Of a stretch of DNA of 64,000 bases, positions 12,308-25,500 are shown one piece after another; the first letter of the stretch is position 1, and the number at the start of each line of letters is the position of its first letter. The notes beneath the pieces are model-generated. The model made no database searches. It worked only from the letters and a program-made list of their open reading frames with translations, and was not told the origin of the DNA. The position numbers were made by a program, and so were the translations under genes. This stretch comes from Podarcis muralis (lineage: Eukaryota), in assembly GCF_964188315.1 (NCBI RefSeq), contig NC_135655.1, positions 57,412,001 through 57,476,000 on the forward strand, in the 5' to 3' direction.

Positions 12308-15300
12308 TACATGCTTACTTGGAAGTAAAACTGGCTATGTTTGGTAAGGCTTACTCCGTAAGTATGTTTAGGATTTTAGCCTAAATTTTTATTTTATATT
12401 ATTTGAGTTCTTTAAAGATTGAGTGTTATTTCCTTCAACACTGTTCACTTCTCCTCAAAGGGTTTAATAATGCTATAGCTATCCCCTCTCATTCATTGCA
12501 TGTAGAGTGTATACTGTATTTTACTGATTTCTTTATATGGGAACTTAAGGGAGTACACACAGTTCAGGCATCCATTCACTGATTATCTGGAGATGCTTTA
12601 AGGAAACTGGGTACAATCCTGCCAGCATTTATTTGCAAAGAAAGAGAACCATCTACTTGAGCTGCAAAACTCACAGATTAATCAAACACAAGGTTGGAAA
12701 GTTTATTTACAATGGGTTTTGTTCACGTGCAGCACAACCATATATATATATTATATGGAATTGTTATAATCCATATACCAGAACCTTCACATAATCCTGC
12801 CCAAGAACCAAAGCCTTCCACTGATATCCCTACCATAAAGTGACAATGCTCAAAGGGGCATTTTCTGTTTGTGGCCCCTTTACCTCTGGAATGTTCTACC
12901 TCAGTAGACCCAAATATGACCTTCACAGCTTCTATTTAAGAGAGCAGTTAAAACTTTTGGTTTTAACTAAACTTTAGAGCCCCCCCTAATTTTAGGGGGT
13001 GGCATGAGTTCTACAATTGTTAGTGGATGCTGCTCTGTGTCTTTAGTGATGAAGAGCAGGCTATAAATGATTTAAAATAAACCCAGTGTAGCAAGCAGAA
13101 GTCTGATGGGTTTTGAGAAAATGCTTGTGATAAGAAGCCGCTGAGCAGCCAAGTGAAATTTTGGCACAGCTGTTTGAGCTGTAGTAACTGCCTCCCCTCC
13201 TCAGGATTGGATAGGAGTCCCTCAGACAGGACTTCCATATTAATCTCTGTTATACTTCAACCTAATACAGATAATCTATAATTAACACATATTACGTACA
13301 TAGTGCCTACAATGGACAAAAACATTATGCACAACTGCAAAATCTGCTGTTTTCTAAAAGTAGTTCTGGCTGTCCATGAAGGCTTTGCCAAATCTAGTTG
13401 TATATCTGTCAGTACCAATTTAAAGCCTTTCATTTCTACTCTAAAAACATCTGTCAATTGGCATGGGTATTGTGCTATTGATAATTGTTCTAATATGAAG
13501 ACAGGCAGATAGCCCTGCTGAATTGTCGGCTTACCCCCAAATTTGTGCAGAAAAGACTCCTCACAAATCAGACGTTATGCCTCTCATCTCACTTCTTTTG
13601 CCTTCCCCTGCCTGGCTCATGGTTGATTTGTTGTTGTTGCTTGTTCATTTTTATTATTTATTTCCCAATTGGCCTCGCAAGCATTGTAGGCAGCATGGTC
13701 CTACATTTTTTGCAGTCCTGTTCCTATATACAGTGCTGCTCCTATATAAATGCACAATAGCTCAACTATTCATTGACCTTTTAAAATCTAAGAGTGTCTG
13801 CCAAGCAATCTTGCCCACACGTCTCTAAAGAAAGCCCAGATATCCCAACATATGTGCCCCAGAGAAAAATAAAATATAGGTTAGATAAGGAAGGATGGCA
13901 AGGGATGAGATCACACAAGGCAAATTGTACTGTCAAGTTTGGCGGTCAAAATCACCCATTGCAGAAATATGAGGCGTCATGGCTACTTTCTGAGCAAGAT
14001 GCATGAATGGGACCATTCATTAAGGTTCAAGTGCTGAAGTATGAGGTTATGGTGAGGAAATATTTTTTTCTGGAGAAAATTTGGCCTTTCTCAGACTACC
14101 TTGAGAAAGAAGTGATCACCTCCTGGGGTGTTTGGTGTGGGGCAGGAGAACAATTTAAGGACATACTAGGTTACCCTGAGGGTTTATGAGGTTGTGGGCA
14201 CACAAGAGTCAACCCCTTGAGCTACAGGCTGAGATGGGCTCTGGGGCATCCATAGGGATGGACAGGTACACTAGAGTGAACGCTTTGTTGTGGGGCCATG
14301 ATGAATATGCTCAGCCTCCACATACCTCAAGGCTCACCAGGAAAAGCTGGGGAGATACACCCAATTCTTGGCTAGAAAGCTACTGTATGCAGCAGGGGAC
14401 ATGCCCAGGGGGTGTGAGTGGGGTGTTCCCCCCTTTATACTGTTGGGAGGTTGCGGAGACAGTCTGTATTGTGCCTGAGTCCTTTCTCATTCCTACTCAG
14501 CAGCCCTCGCTTAATAATTGGCTCTTGATTTGCAGATCTCATACTACATTTCAATAAATTTAACCATTCCACCAACATGCCGTCTCTTGAGTCTTCTTCA
14601 GTGGTGTAGAGGAGAAAGAAGCAGGGAATGACGGGATTGGGATTGTTTTGAAAGCAGCACCTCACTATTTAACATATGTTTTTATTACAAAACAGAGTGT
14701 GAATTATTGGAGAAGTTGTTTTTAAATGTGAAAAAAAAAAAAAGAAATAGATAGCAGATCTCCTTTTATAAAAAGACCAGAAAAGCAATGAAGAAATTAG
14801 AGTAAAATGTCACTTCCTTCTATTCCTTTTTAAAAAGTCTTTAGAAATGTCACATCGTCAGAGATCCCATCATGATCCACAAAAATAAAACTGGAAAACT
14901 GGGACATTTGATACTGAATTATATTGTTCTTTGGATGTGTTCAGCAACAGCATTATTTGAAAAGTACATCATTATTCAATATTTTTTTCCATTATTCAAT
15001 GTCATGGTTGGAAAATGAGAGTATTACCGGCAGTGTCGCTTTTTAATTCTGTGCCCTTGGAAAAAAAGGGTAATATCATGTCAGCTTAATGGACTTTTTG
15101 GTGACATGAGTAAAACAGGAAGCTGCTGTTAATGCAATATCTTTATTGAAAGCTGGGTACAGCTGTCTCTCCTGCCTCTTTTCTCAAGGTAATACTATGC
15201 TCCCAATCCTGTCATACCCAGGAATCAAATTATTTGAATTCTGGACACATCAGCACAAAACTGAAGACACTCTGCCAGATCCATAGTATGCTTGGAAAAG

Positions 15301-15926
15301 AACATCGTACAGCATCACTCATTTATACGACTGTCAGTCTGGTGCTGTAAATTCACAAGATATGGAGGCCTCGGGTGCCACACTTTTTGTCTCTCTGCTC
15401 CTCAATCACCTTCCTTCAATATCTCTACCCTATGTAAGCCAACATTTCATCTCTGGGCCATGTAGCTTTCAAATATCTGCCAGGATACTCAGAGGTTGTC
15501 CATGCTGTAAATTTGAATGGAAAACTATGCATTAAGGTGACTACTTGATTACAGTCACCCAGAAAGATTCATGCCAGTTCTGAGATATGCCTTTGGAGAA
15601 GAATCTGCAAAAAGTTTGGTAGATCTAAACTAGAATATAGTTGGCACCTACTGACTACATCTATGGTAGGTTTACCCCCTGCTCCTCTTTTATTAGATGG
15701 TTCATTTGTAGGCAGAGGAAATTCAATAGGACAACTCATTTTCTCTTCTGCTCTTTGCCAAAAAGAAAATACAGTGCAATACTTAACAAAAATTCAAGAC
15801 ACAGATTGTTTAATTAACATTCATATTCAGTAACCACCTAGATTAAGGTGAGGCTCACATAAGATTAAGCCTTCACATAAACAACGTGTATCAACTTTTG
15901 TGACATTGGAAAAAGGAATCTATCTA

Positions 15927-16185
15927 CCGTATTTTTCGCTCTATAAGACACACCAGACCACAAGACGCACCTAGTTTTTGGAGGAGGAAAACAAGAAAAA
16001 AAATATTCTGAATCGCAGAAGCCAGAACAGCAAGAGGGATCGCTGCACAGTGAAAGGTGCAATCCCTCTTGCTGTTCTGGCTTCTGGGATAGCTGCGCAG
16101 CCTGCATTCGCTCCATAAGACGCACACACATTTCCCCTTACTTTTTAGGAGGGAAAAAGTGAGTCTTATAGAGCAAAAAATACAG
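15927..16185. mobile_element. Tigger/pogo-like MITE family 2 with long internal hairpin
   Basis: TIR CCGTATTTTTCGCTCTATAAGAC.../...GTCTTATAGAGCAAAAAATACAG, TA flanks; internal 25-bp perfect inverted repeat. Confidence 0.85.
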
Positions 16186-16221
16186 TAATAAATATCTAAA
16201 CAAATCAGCAAGTTACTTAAT

Positions 16222-16300
16222 AAGAATAGAATAGAATAGAATAGAACAGAATAGTTGGAAGATATCACGGGGGTCATCTAGTCCAACCCCCTGCAATGCA
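16222..16300 (-). mobile_element. CR1-type 3' end fragment with (ATTCT)n tail
   Basis: AGAATAGAATAG...AGTTGGAAG...GGGTCATCTAGTCCAACCCCCTGC resembles the reverse complement of the 3' UTR of the full-length CR1 (about 38620-38680). Confidence 0.7.
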
Positions 16301-16655
16301 TGACTCACAGCTAAATAAAAGAGTAATCTGTTTTAGTGGTGGATGCTGGGGGGTTGAGGGACAGAACAGCACGTCATATGGCTTTCCCTGGGTGCCCTAC
16401 ACTAGCCTGCTGTCCTCAGGTGTGATAGAAAATGATGTTCCACCATCAGTGTTGGAAGTACTTCTTAATCAGCTTTCCAGTTGGCTTCCGCACATGAAAA
16501 TTGTGGAGGCACCATCTTGCCCTTTGACTCTGGCAGCAAAATTCTTGGAATGGTTCTGAATTTTCTCACTAAACTATCAGCAAGATCATATGTGTGCAGT
16601 AAGTTGTGAGCCGGCTTTCACATCAGTGAGTTGTGTTTGGTGTTCTCAACATGCT

Positions 16656-16693
<38 letters not shown>

Positions 16694-16833
16694 AGACAAT
16701 GGTCCAGTAAGCTCTGTGCAATGGAAGTGGCAACACATTGCGACTGGAATTTATTATGGTTTAAATTTATATTGTGTCTTTTTGAAACCAGGCACCAAGG
16801 CAGTTAAAACAAAAGTAATATACAAATACAATA

Positions 16834-16881
16834 CAGTGGTACCTCAGGTTACATATGCTTCAGGTTACAGACTCCACTAAA
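16834..16881 (-). mobile_element. Truncated end of MITE family 1
   Basis: TA-CAGTGGTACCTCAGGTTACATATGCTTCAGGTTACAGACTCC is the reverse complement of the family's right end. Confidence 0.8.
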
Positions 16882-17835
16882 CGATCAACATGCCAAACGA
16901 TCAACATGCAGTTTGTTTACACCTTAGTCTTGACTTGACTATCTCTAAAAGAAAAAAGGCAACATGTGTTACATAGATACGAGCTCACAGAAAGCAGACA
17001 CGGCATCAGTGAACTTCAAAGGAGAATTTCTAGCTCACTCACTTGGGAGTTACAGTAGTTACATTGAACTCAGTGGGACTGACTTTTGAGTTAACATGCT
17101 TTTAGAATAGAAATGGGTGGAATTGTGGTTTGTTAATAAGATGTACACAGTAATTACTTTCCATAATAAAAGATACTAAGGCTAAAATATGTCTAGATAT
17201 CTCATCCTACATTCCTGGAAATCTTGCTCCAAATCCAGATGCATCTGGGAATCAGTAATGAGAAAGGTTATTTATGACAACATAGGTAAGGGCAATCTGC
17301 CCATTATTATTTCATGTATTCCACGGCTGAACCAACATTATGAAAAACATATTCTGGCACTCAGGCCTGACTGCAAGACCACTTTAAAAAATAGCATAAA
17401 CAAAAGTTATCATAACCATTCGATAGCAGCTTTTTTATTAATTCCACCCAAAGTCGATGTGTTCTATGGAAGGCAACAAATTTTGGGATTACCATTTTAT
17501 TTAACCCTTACATTAAAGCTCTTCAGCTGTAAAACATCTTCTTTTTACATAATCCAAGTTGTTACCCAAGTTTCTGAGAAGAGCAGCACACTGAATGTGC
17601 ATTTCATAGATTAGGGTTATCAGCTACTTCATTACACAGTTACAGGCTCCCTCCTAAAACAGCTGAGTTTTTCTTGAAGGAATGGAATTGGTGTCTTGGG
17701 GAAATCTGACACATGCTCAGGGCTGGATTAAGATATTTAGGGGTCATAAGCACTGAAAAGATTATGGTCCCGTCCCCCCCAATAATTCAAAATAAAATCC
17801 AGATCGGTAATTCAAAATAAAATCCATGAGCTTTA

Positions 17836-17992
17836 GGAGGAAACCGATTTTCTAGATCCAGCTCAATCTGGGTTTAGGCCCGGTTTTGGCACAGAAACTG
17901 CTTTGGTTGCCCTGTATGATGACCTCTGTTGGGAGAGACAGGGGGAATATGTCCCTGTTAATTCTCACTGATCTCTCAGGAGTTTTTGATAT
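17836..17992 (+). mobile_element. L2/CR1-group LINE reverse transcriptase fragment
   Basis: Translates to FLDPAQSGFRPGFGTETALVALYDDL then, frameshifted, SLLILTDLSGVFD: the QxGFR-TETAL and DLSxAFD RT motifs. Confidence 0.8.
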
Positions 17993-18579
17993 TACTGACC
18001 TCTGTTTCCTTCTGGAGCAGCTGTCTGAGTTAGGGGTGGGTGGCAGTGGGGGAGCTTAATGCTCTGGCAAATGGGGGGGGGCAGAGAATAGGCAGTGGCG
18101 GGGCTGGTGCACATCCCGGGGGCGTGGTGCGCTGCCCACAGGGGCGTGGCGTGCATCATGGGGGCGGGGCGCGCCATCTGCAGGGGCGTGGTGCCCAGCG
18201 TGGGGGGGCAGCCACGATGGCACCCTACTGGGATCGCGCTGCCAGGGGCGGTGCACTCCCCCCACACTCCTCTTCCTCCGCCAGTGGTGGGTGGCACCAC
18301 TTTGCGGTAGTTCAGGTCCTACTTGGATTGGTCCTACTTGTACACAGCCTGGTGGTACTTCTGCATCCTATGTTGTTGCTTGAAGCTCAGGTGGCCTAAA
18401 GTGGAGTTAGTGGAGTAGGGTGCGAGGAAGTCTAATAAAGCCCCGTCCTGCCCCCAGTGATGCCTACTATTTGATAGTTCTTTTTTAAATACTTTTAAAA
18501 TTAATTTAATGAAATAATTAAAATTAAATGATTTTTTTAAAAATAAATAAACCTCAAATTCTACCTGCTTCCTGGCGCC

Positions 18580-19500
18580 CTAACTAAGCACGTGCCGTCG
18601 CCTTGCCTACTGCGCGTGCTCGAAAGTCAAATCTTGCAGACCCAAAATTGGGAAACGGGAAAGCTACACCTGTTGCATTTCTACCTGCTGCAGTGCAGCT
18701 GTTCAAAGGAGCCCTCGCGCCCACAACCCTCCAGGCGAGAAGCGTTTTGTGAGATCGAGGCTTTGGATGCAGCAGCGCGTCCCTTGAGCCCAGTCCAGCC
18801 CTGTGTGTGTGTGTGTCTGTGTTTGATAACAAACCAGCGTGAGGGGCGGGAGATGCCTGCCAGGCGGGCAGGAACAAGCCGTAGGCCGCGCTTCGCCCTC
18901 GCCCAGCCCAGCCCGGCCCCAGCTGAGCGGGGAGGAGGAGGAGGAGGAGCCTCCCACTCCGGAGCCGAGGCCCGACCAGAGAGGCGTCAAGATGGCGGCG
19001 TCCGTTGAGCTGGACTTGCAGCCCCTGAGCCTGGAGTCGCTGCCCACGGACCCGCTGCTGCTCGTCCTCAGCTTCCTGGATTACAGGGACCTCATGAGGT
19101 GCGGGGAGCCCGGCGCCCGGCGGGGCTTAATGCGGGGCAGGGCGGCGCTCTCGGGGCTGCCTTTAGGTTCCCTTGGCGGCGCCAACCGTGGGGAAATGGG
19201 GAGGAAGAGGAGGAGGGTGGCGGCTGCTGCTGCCGCCTTCTCGGGGGAAGAGAGGGCCATGGCGATCCGTCTCCTTTCACCACAACCACCACCCAAAAAA
19301 CCCATCAATGGCGGGGCTGCGCGTGCAGGAAACATCTCCATGGAGAAGCTCCCGAATGGGAAGGAAGAGTAGGGGATGCGAGGCTTGGGTTGAGCCGAGT
19401 GGGGAAATGGGGCGAGGGATAGCCCTGGTTATGGGAGCTGGGTCGATGGCCCTGTCTGTGGGGAAGCGGCCCCCAACCCATCTCCTTCCCCCCCACCCCC
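18580..19500 (+). promoter_or_regulatory. FBXO3 CpG island promoter; YY1-type motif CAAGATGGCGGC overlapping the start codon
   Basis: CpG-dense region around ATG 18992; motif read directly at 18988-18999. Confidence 0.75.
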
Positions 19501-22500
19501 CTGCAAGAGCTCCTGGTGCTCTGGGCTGCTCTGCATTGCACATTTCTGGAGAGGCTCCTGCCGTGGGTCCCAAGTGGCTTCCAAGCTGGCCCTGCGCTGA
19601 TAGACAGGTTTTCTTTCACCACAGCGCGGCTGTGTCAACAGGTGCTGGCTCTGGGCAACGTGCTCGAAGCCAGCCCTGCCCTAGTGACACCACATGGTGG
19701 ATGCTTAAAATCCTCTCGGTGGCAGAGGAATAGATTGATAAGGTTTGTGATATGGGGTGTGTGTCTTCCTTTGTGCAAGGTAGCTGGGGGCTGGACTTGA
19801 TTGAGCGCCACAACCATCTCCTGACATTGTTTTTTAAAAATAAAAAGTAACCCTCTCCTGACAAAAAGTAGCCACAGTGTGCTGTCCTTATCAGGTAGCG
19901 AAATGCAGGAGGTGAAATTAAGCCTTTCCTTTTCTACTTCTTTAAACTCAGAATTGTCCCTTCCCAGGCTGCTTTTCCACATGCAGTAGAACATGTATTG
20001 GCTCCCATATATTTTCCCTTAAGAAGTGACCAGAGAAGAAAAGTAGCCCCTCTTCATTCCTCTGATTAAATTTGAAACCTGCTGAGGCTTCTTCTCACTT
20101 AAAGCAAAACCACAGGACTATTTTTTTCTGGAAGATGCATTTATGTCTAGTTTGGCCCTTGACTGCACATACTTTAGATGAGGCTAGCATTGACAATGCA
20201 GCTTGGAAGTGGAACCTTTTAGTTTGAGCCAAGCTTGCAAAGTGCTGAGAGCGAGTTGTTTTGTTAATGTCTGATCATGAAAGCATAGTAAAACTTTGAC
20301 ATGTTCTGCATTCCTTGCAATGGAATTATTCACTTCCAGAATGTTTCTGTGACCCTCTGTTTCAAAACCTGAGATAATCGTGGAGCCAAAATAGATGGAC
20401 CTCTCCCCTGAGGGAGTTTCCATATATTAATATAAAATTGACTTCAAAAGGAAAAGCCTTTGTTTTACTCTCCTTTGCTTTACAATTTCTTTAAAATGGC
20501 TCGTGGAGTGTCCCTAAATTTCCAGTTATTTGTATTTTTTGTGTTTAATGTTATAGATACTATAGTGTCTGCCTCAGTTTGTCTCTATACACTATGATCT
20601 AATCTGATGGTGGTGGTAAATATATTCTGCTGTATGAACTGTGCACCCAAATGACAATTCATAGTTTTTCAGTGTTAATGGAAATTCTGTAGAACCTGTA
20701 GGGAGGTGTGTACGCCATTGTATTAGGATATCTTGTTTAATGTGCTGAGTTTGACATCTGTTAAAGCTAAAGTTAAGCACAGATAATTGGTGTGCTTTAT
20801 AAGCAGCCCAACAAAGGCTTGGCAGAATTCCCAATGGTTGGAAGATGGGACTTAAGTATCCCCTTTCATTTCCTATGGCAATGATTCCACATTCCCTGCC
20901 ATTTATTTCATCTGTCCAAAATCTATATGCTGAGCTCACCTTAACACCATTTAGTCCTTTCCAAAAGGTGCAAATTAATACAACAACCAAAGCTGAGAAT
21001 TGTAAACACTTGGCAAAATAGCAAATACATACAAATGTGCAACATTACTGGGCTTATGTTACCATGATGTTGCCTCCCATATATGTCACAAGTAGTACAA
21101 TTCAAATAATTTATACCAAATAGGTTTCTGAACATACAGTTGAACAAACTCTAAATTAACTTGCTCTTCCTGAAGTAGTGATTACGACATGAATTGAATC
21201 TCCTGCCCTGAGAGGTATCTCTGATGAGAATAGATGAAAAACCAAAGCTAATTTATTTTAGCTTTTAAGATTAATTTTCTCCCTTGCCCTCTACAGAGGG
21301 GCTAGGGTGTTTTTTTTTTGTGTTTTTTTTTAGCTCTTGCTCTCTATTTTTCTCATATTCATCATAACAAGTTGGAAGCTAATGCCCTAACTTGGAGAAC
21401 TCCAGTTATTTGAAAATTTGGCCCGTATCCAGCCCATTACCAAATCCAAGCACCAGTCCAGTTCCTGAACAGTCTCACTTGATTCTGATGAAATAAACAA
21501 AGCTGAATGTCATCAACATACTGATGACTCCTCACTCTAAATCGTCTTCTGATCTCACCCAGCAGCTTCATACAGATGTTAAAGAGCATGGGGTGGGGCA
21601 CAAAATGAAAGTGTCCAGAATTCCACAACACAGCTGCCATGGAGAAAATGTACAAAAGTGTGGGTTAATTTAGAGAATTGAGTCTTAAAGTGTGAAATCA
21701 TGTGTCAAATTTAACTTTAAAAACTGGAAATTCTCCAGCATTTCTGTACAAAGTACAAGTGTAATCATTACTGAACCTAGTTTTAGTCTGACTTGTAGAG
21801 AAATTTAAACTGACTTTGTATTTGCAGCTGCTGTTGCGTAAGCCGTAGATTAAATCAGTTTTCAAGTCATGATCCACTGTGGAGGAGGCACTGTAAGAAA
21901 TATTGGCTTTTGTCTGAGTAAGTATGGCTAGTGTTTAATTTACATAAAATGAGAAAATTATTCAGTTGTGTTACCAGTTTTCTGTCTGGTAAATTTACAA
22001 GTTTTTGTAGACTACTTCTTGGATTAAAAGTTGTGTGCATTAAAAAATAAATTTTGAAATAGCTGAAAAAGTATGCAAGGATCAGCTCAATATGAAATAA
22101 TCTGTTAGTAAATAATAGCTTCCTCCTGAAAAGATGCTAGGTGGTGCTGATTCTCTAGTAGATATACTAGAATAGCTTAGCTTGTCTAAGTCGTAGGGTA
22201 GTTCTATGAAAAATGTTGCAATATTCTTATCCCATAGGTTTTAATTGGAATCTAATTGGATATCAGAAAATTGCATGTTTGTGTTTGGATTAATTGCCGC
22301 TCATTTTGACACACAGTCACTTTTACAGGTTTCCTTGGTAAAGCATGCATGAAAATTCACATGGCACTATGCCCCCCCCCCTTTTTTTTTGCTGGCCAGC
22401 CCTATGTTTCTTATGCATAAGGATTCTTTATTCACACCTGTGGCAAAGCCTTGACTGTTTTTGTGACATCCTCTAGAATGAATTCATAAATCATTAGCCA

Positions 22501-25500
22501 ATTATCAGAATGGTATTTTGCTTTCCCTTTTGTAAAATCTTATTTCTGTTGTTTCTGTACAATATTACACAATTATGAGGCTTATTCTTCCTTCCTGCTT
22601 TTTGTGTGCATATTATTCAAAATTAAATACAACTCCAGTTGAATTTTTTTAATGGGATAGTTAAACACTTATGCAAATCCTGCTCATTGAACTGTAATCC
22701 AAACTTCTGAACTGGAATTTACCTAAAAAAATTGGAAATTAGCAAATGGGGGGGGGTACTAAGAGTTTTCAAAAAATGCATATATGCAATATTCTTACTA
22801 CTTATTTCTGTTTAGATATTGTTTTTTATCTTTTTAGAGCTGAGAAATCTCGGAGTTGGAAAGCAATCTTTATAGATACGTATGCTGATCTCGGAAGGTA
22901 TATTCAAATTTATGCTACACTTAAAAAGGCCTGGGATGATTTAGAAAAATATCTGTTTCAGCGTTGTCCTCGGATGATTACTTCTTTGAAAGGTATTGTT
23001 TATCTCTAAAGTTATCGTTTTAGATCAGTGTCAAGTGCCACTTAATGAACACCCTAGATTATTTAACTATTGCCAACATGCCTGTTAAGCTGAAAACAGT
23101 TCTGTCCTCCCCCTTTTTTATTTTAGCCTTCTTTGTGTGTGCTTAGCTGTCAATCTGGCATAGTGATCTAGAACAGGAAAAGGAAAACCAAATGGACCTC
23201 GAAAGCATAATATAGTAATGAGTGTGGTATTTTTCACAAACTGTTAAATAATGTACAGTATCTGTAAACATGATGAAATTAAGGAAAGCTTAAGGACCCA
23301 ATTTGTAGTGGGTTTTCTGACTTTGATGTGAATCGGTGCTAGCCTGTCCAGTGCGGACAGGCAAAACACTATTGAATTTTGCATTTTATTTTTGTTAATT
23401 CTAATTCCCAGTTTTGTACAAAGGCAAAAGTGCAGCAGCAATAGAGTTTTGAAGAAGTAGATATGAAAAGCACACACTGTGAGATTTGAGGAATGGTTTG
23501 AACAAGATGTTCTTACCCCTGAATTCTGCATCTTTCCATTAATCATTCAGCAACTGGTTTGTCGAGGGTGGGGGTAGAGATGCTCCTTAAAACACCAAAA
23601 TGGGGTCCATGTGTGTGGATCTTTTCCCAGAGGTCTCACTGCTTTTCTGGAAATCTGAGAAGATTATGGGGGGAAAGGAGAATCCCTTTCAGCTGCGCTG
23701 AATTTCAAAGAGGTTTGCAAAGCAGCTATATGTCTCAATCTTATAGGCTTCTAGACAATGGGGGGCAACAGGAAGTCTTAACCCTAAATTCAGAATTTTT
23801 TAAAAGCTCAACAAATTATTATTATTTTTTTAAAGAAAGCATTTCATTGTACTTTTGCACACTAATGAAGTGCAGAAATGTTTTTCAAAGCCTCAGGATC
23901 AGCTCTTCCTCCCCCACTTCTCAGAGGAGCTTCTTCAAATGACACCCACCCCCCAAGTCTGGAACATGCCCTGCCCTTTTCCTGCCTTTCTTCTTGTGGG
24001 GGGGAAAACAATAATACATGCTTTTAAAAGTTTAATCAGTGTGCTAGAGCAGATGTGCATTCTTATCAAGCAAAACCAACCATATATTGCAAGTGGTCTC
24101 TTATTTTTCTTTAGCAGCCAGTTTTGGAGCAGCTGTTTCATTGTTCCTCTTTCCTTCACTATAGAGACATGCAAGGGGAATGTAACTCTCTAGTGCCATT
24201 TTAATTTCACTTGCAGCTGATAGTGTCTCAGCATTACTAAAAACCCTAGAATGGAAGCAGCCATACTAGGTGAGAATGATAGTTACTGTAGGCTTTGGAA
24301 TACATGAATCTCTTTTGGGGTTACGAAGGGTTTGACATGACTAAATGACTAAACAACAAACATTAACACATGCCATTTTCTCTCTTATATGGCCCTTGAA
24401 AATTATTTATTCTCCTCCTGAGTAATAGTTGGCAAATATTTTAGCCACAAATTGCATAGGGCAGGAGAATCGGACAAAAACTGCTTCTGAGTCTGGACTA
24501 CAGACTACTAGTTGGCCTTCCTTGTTTTACAGCATTGTGCCCCTATACAAATTATATGCTTTGGCTTGAATTAAGACAGACTTCTATCTCTGGTTTGTCT
24601 TAAAAAGAAGCCCACCACTTTGGAGTACATAGGTGTTTTCCAAAAGCAAAAGACATTATGCTTTTCGTGTAGTGTTTCTGACATAAGTATTAATGTCTGT
24701 TTCAGAAAAAGTAAACTGAAGAAGCCCTAGGAAAGTATATGATTCTAAACACAGTTGTCACACCTGCTGACTTGAATGGGGCTTGCTAAAGAGGTTTTAA
24801 CATCACATCTTAAATAAGTTACTGCAAAATGCATTGTTTATATTGTCTGAAGATAATCTGCTAAATGGTATAGTTTTTGAATGCTCACAGAGAGTGTTCG
24901 GGAGGAAGATCTGGATGCTGTGGAAGCACAAATTGGTTGCAAACTCCCCGATGACTATCGATGTTCATTTCGGATCCATAATGGACAGAAGCTAGTCGTT
25001 CCAGGGTGAGAAGCTAACGTTAACTGTCATTGCTAATTGGCAGTCGGCCGCTACGTAAGCTTGCACATACTTGAAATTTGTTTCTTCCAATGGTTAATAA
25101 TGTCTCTCCCCCTTTTCTTTCTGTCTTTCCAAAGGTTGATGGGAAGCATGGCCCTTTCCAACCACTATCGCTCTGAAGATTTGCTGGACATCGACACAGC
25201 AGCCGGTGGTTTTCAGCAGCGGCTAGGACTGAAACAGTGCCTCCCCTTAACCTTTTGCATCCACACTGGATTGAGTCAGTACATGGCTCTGGAAAGCGTG
25301 GAGGGTCGCAATAGTTACGAGATCTTCTACCAATGCCCAGTAAGAAAGACTTGTAAATAGACACTTTAGACAACACTAATGCTACTCATTATCTTCAGTA
25401 GATGAAACTGATGCAGTATATGTGTGTAGAATGTTTTAAAAAATCTAAAATCAGCTGTCTTTCATCTCTGAGCTACTTCCCACCATCCACAAAAGGCCAC

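Noticed and set aside
18040-19994. Many overlapping GC-rich ORFs around FBXO3 exon 1 (likewise 38897-40070 and 51941-52723)
   Set aside because: Expected in CpG islands, where stop codons are scarce; only the FBXO3 exon matches a known protein.
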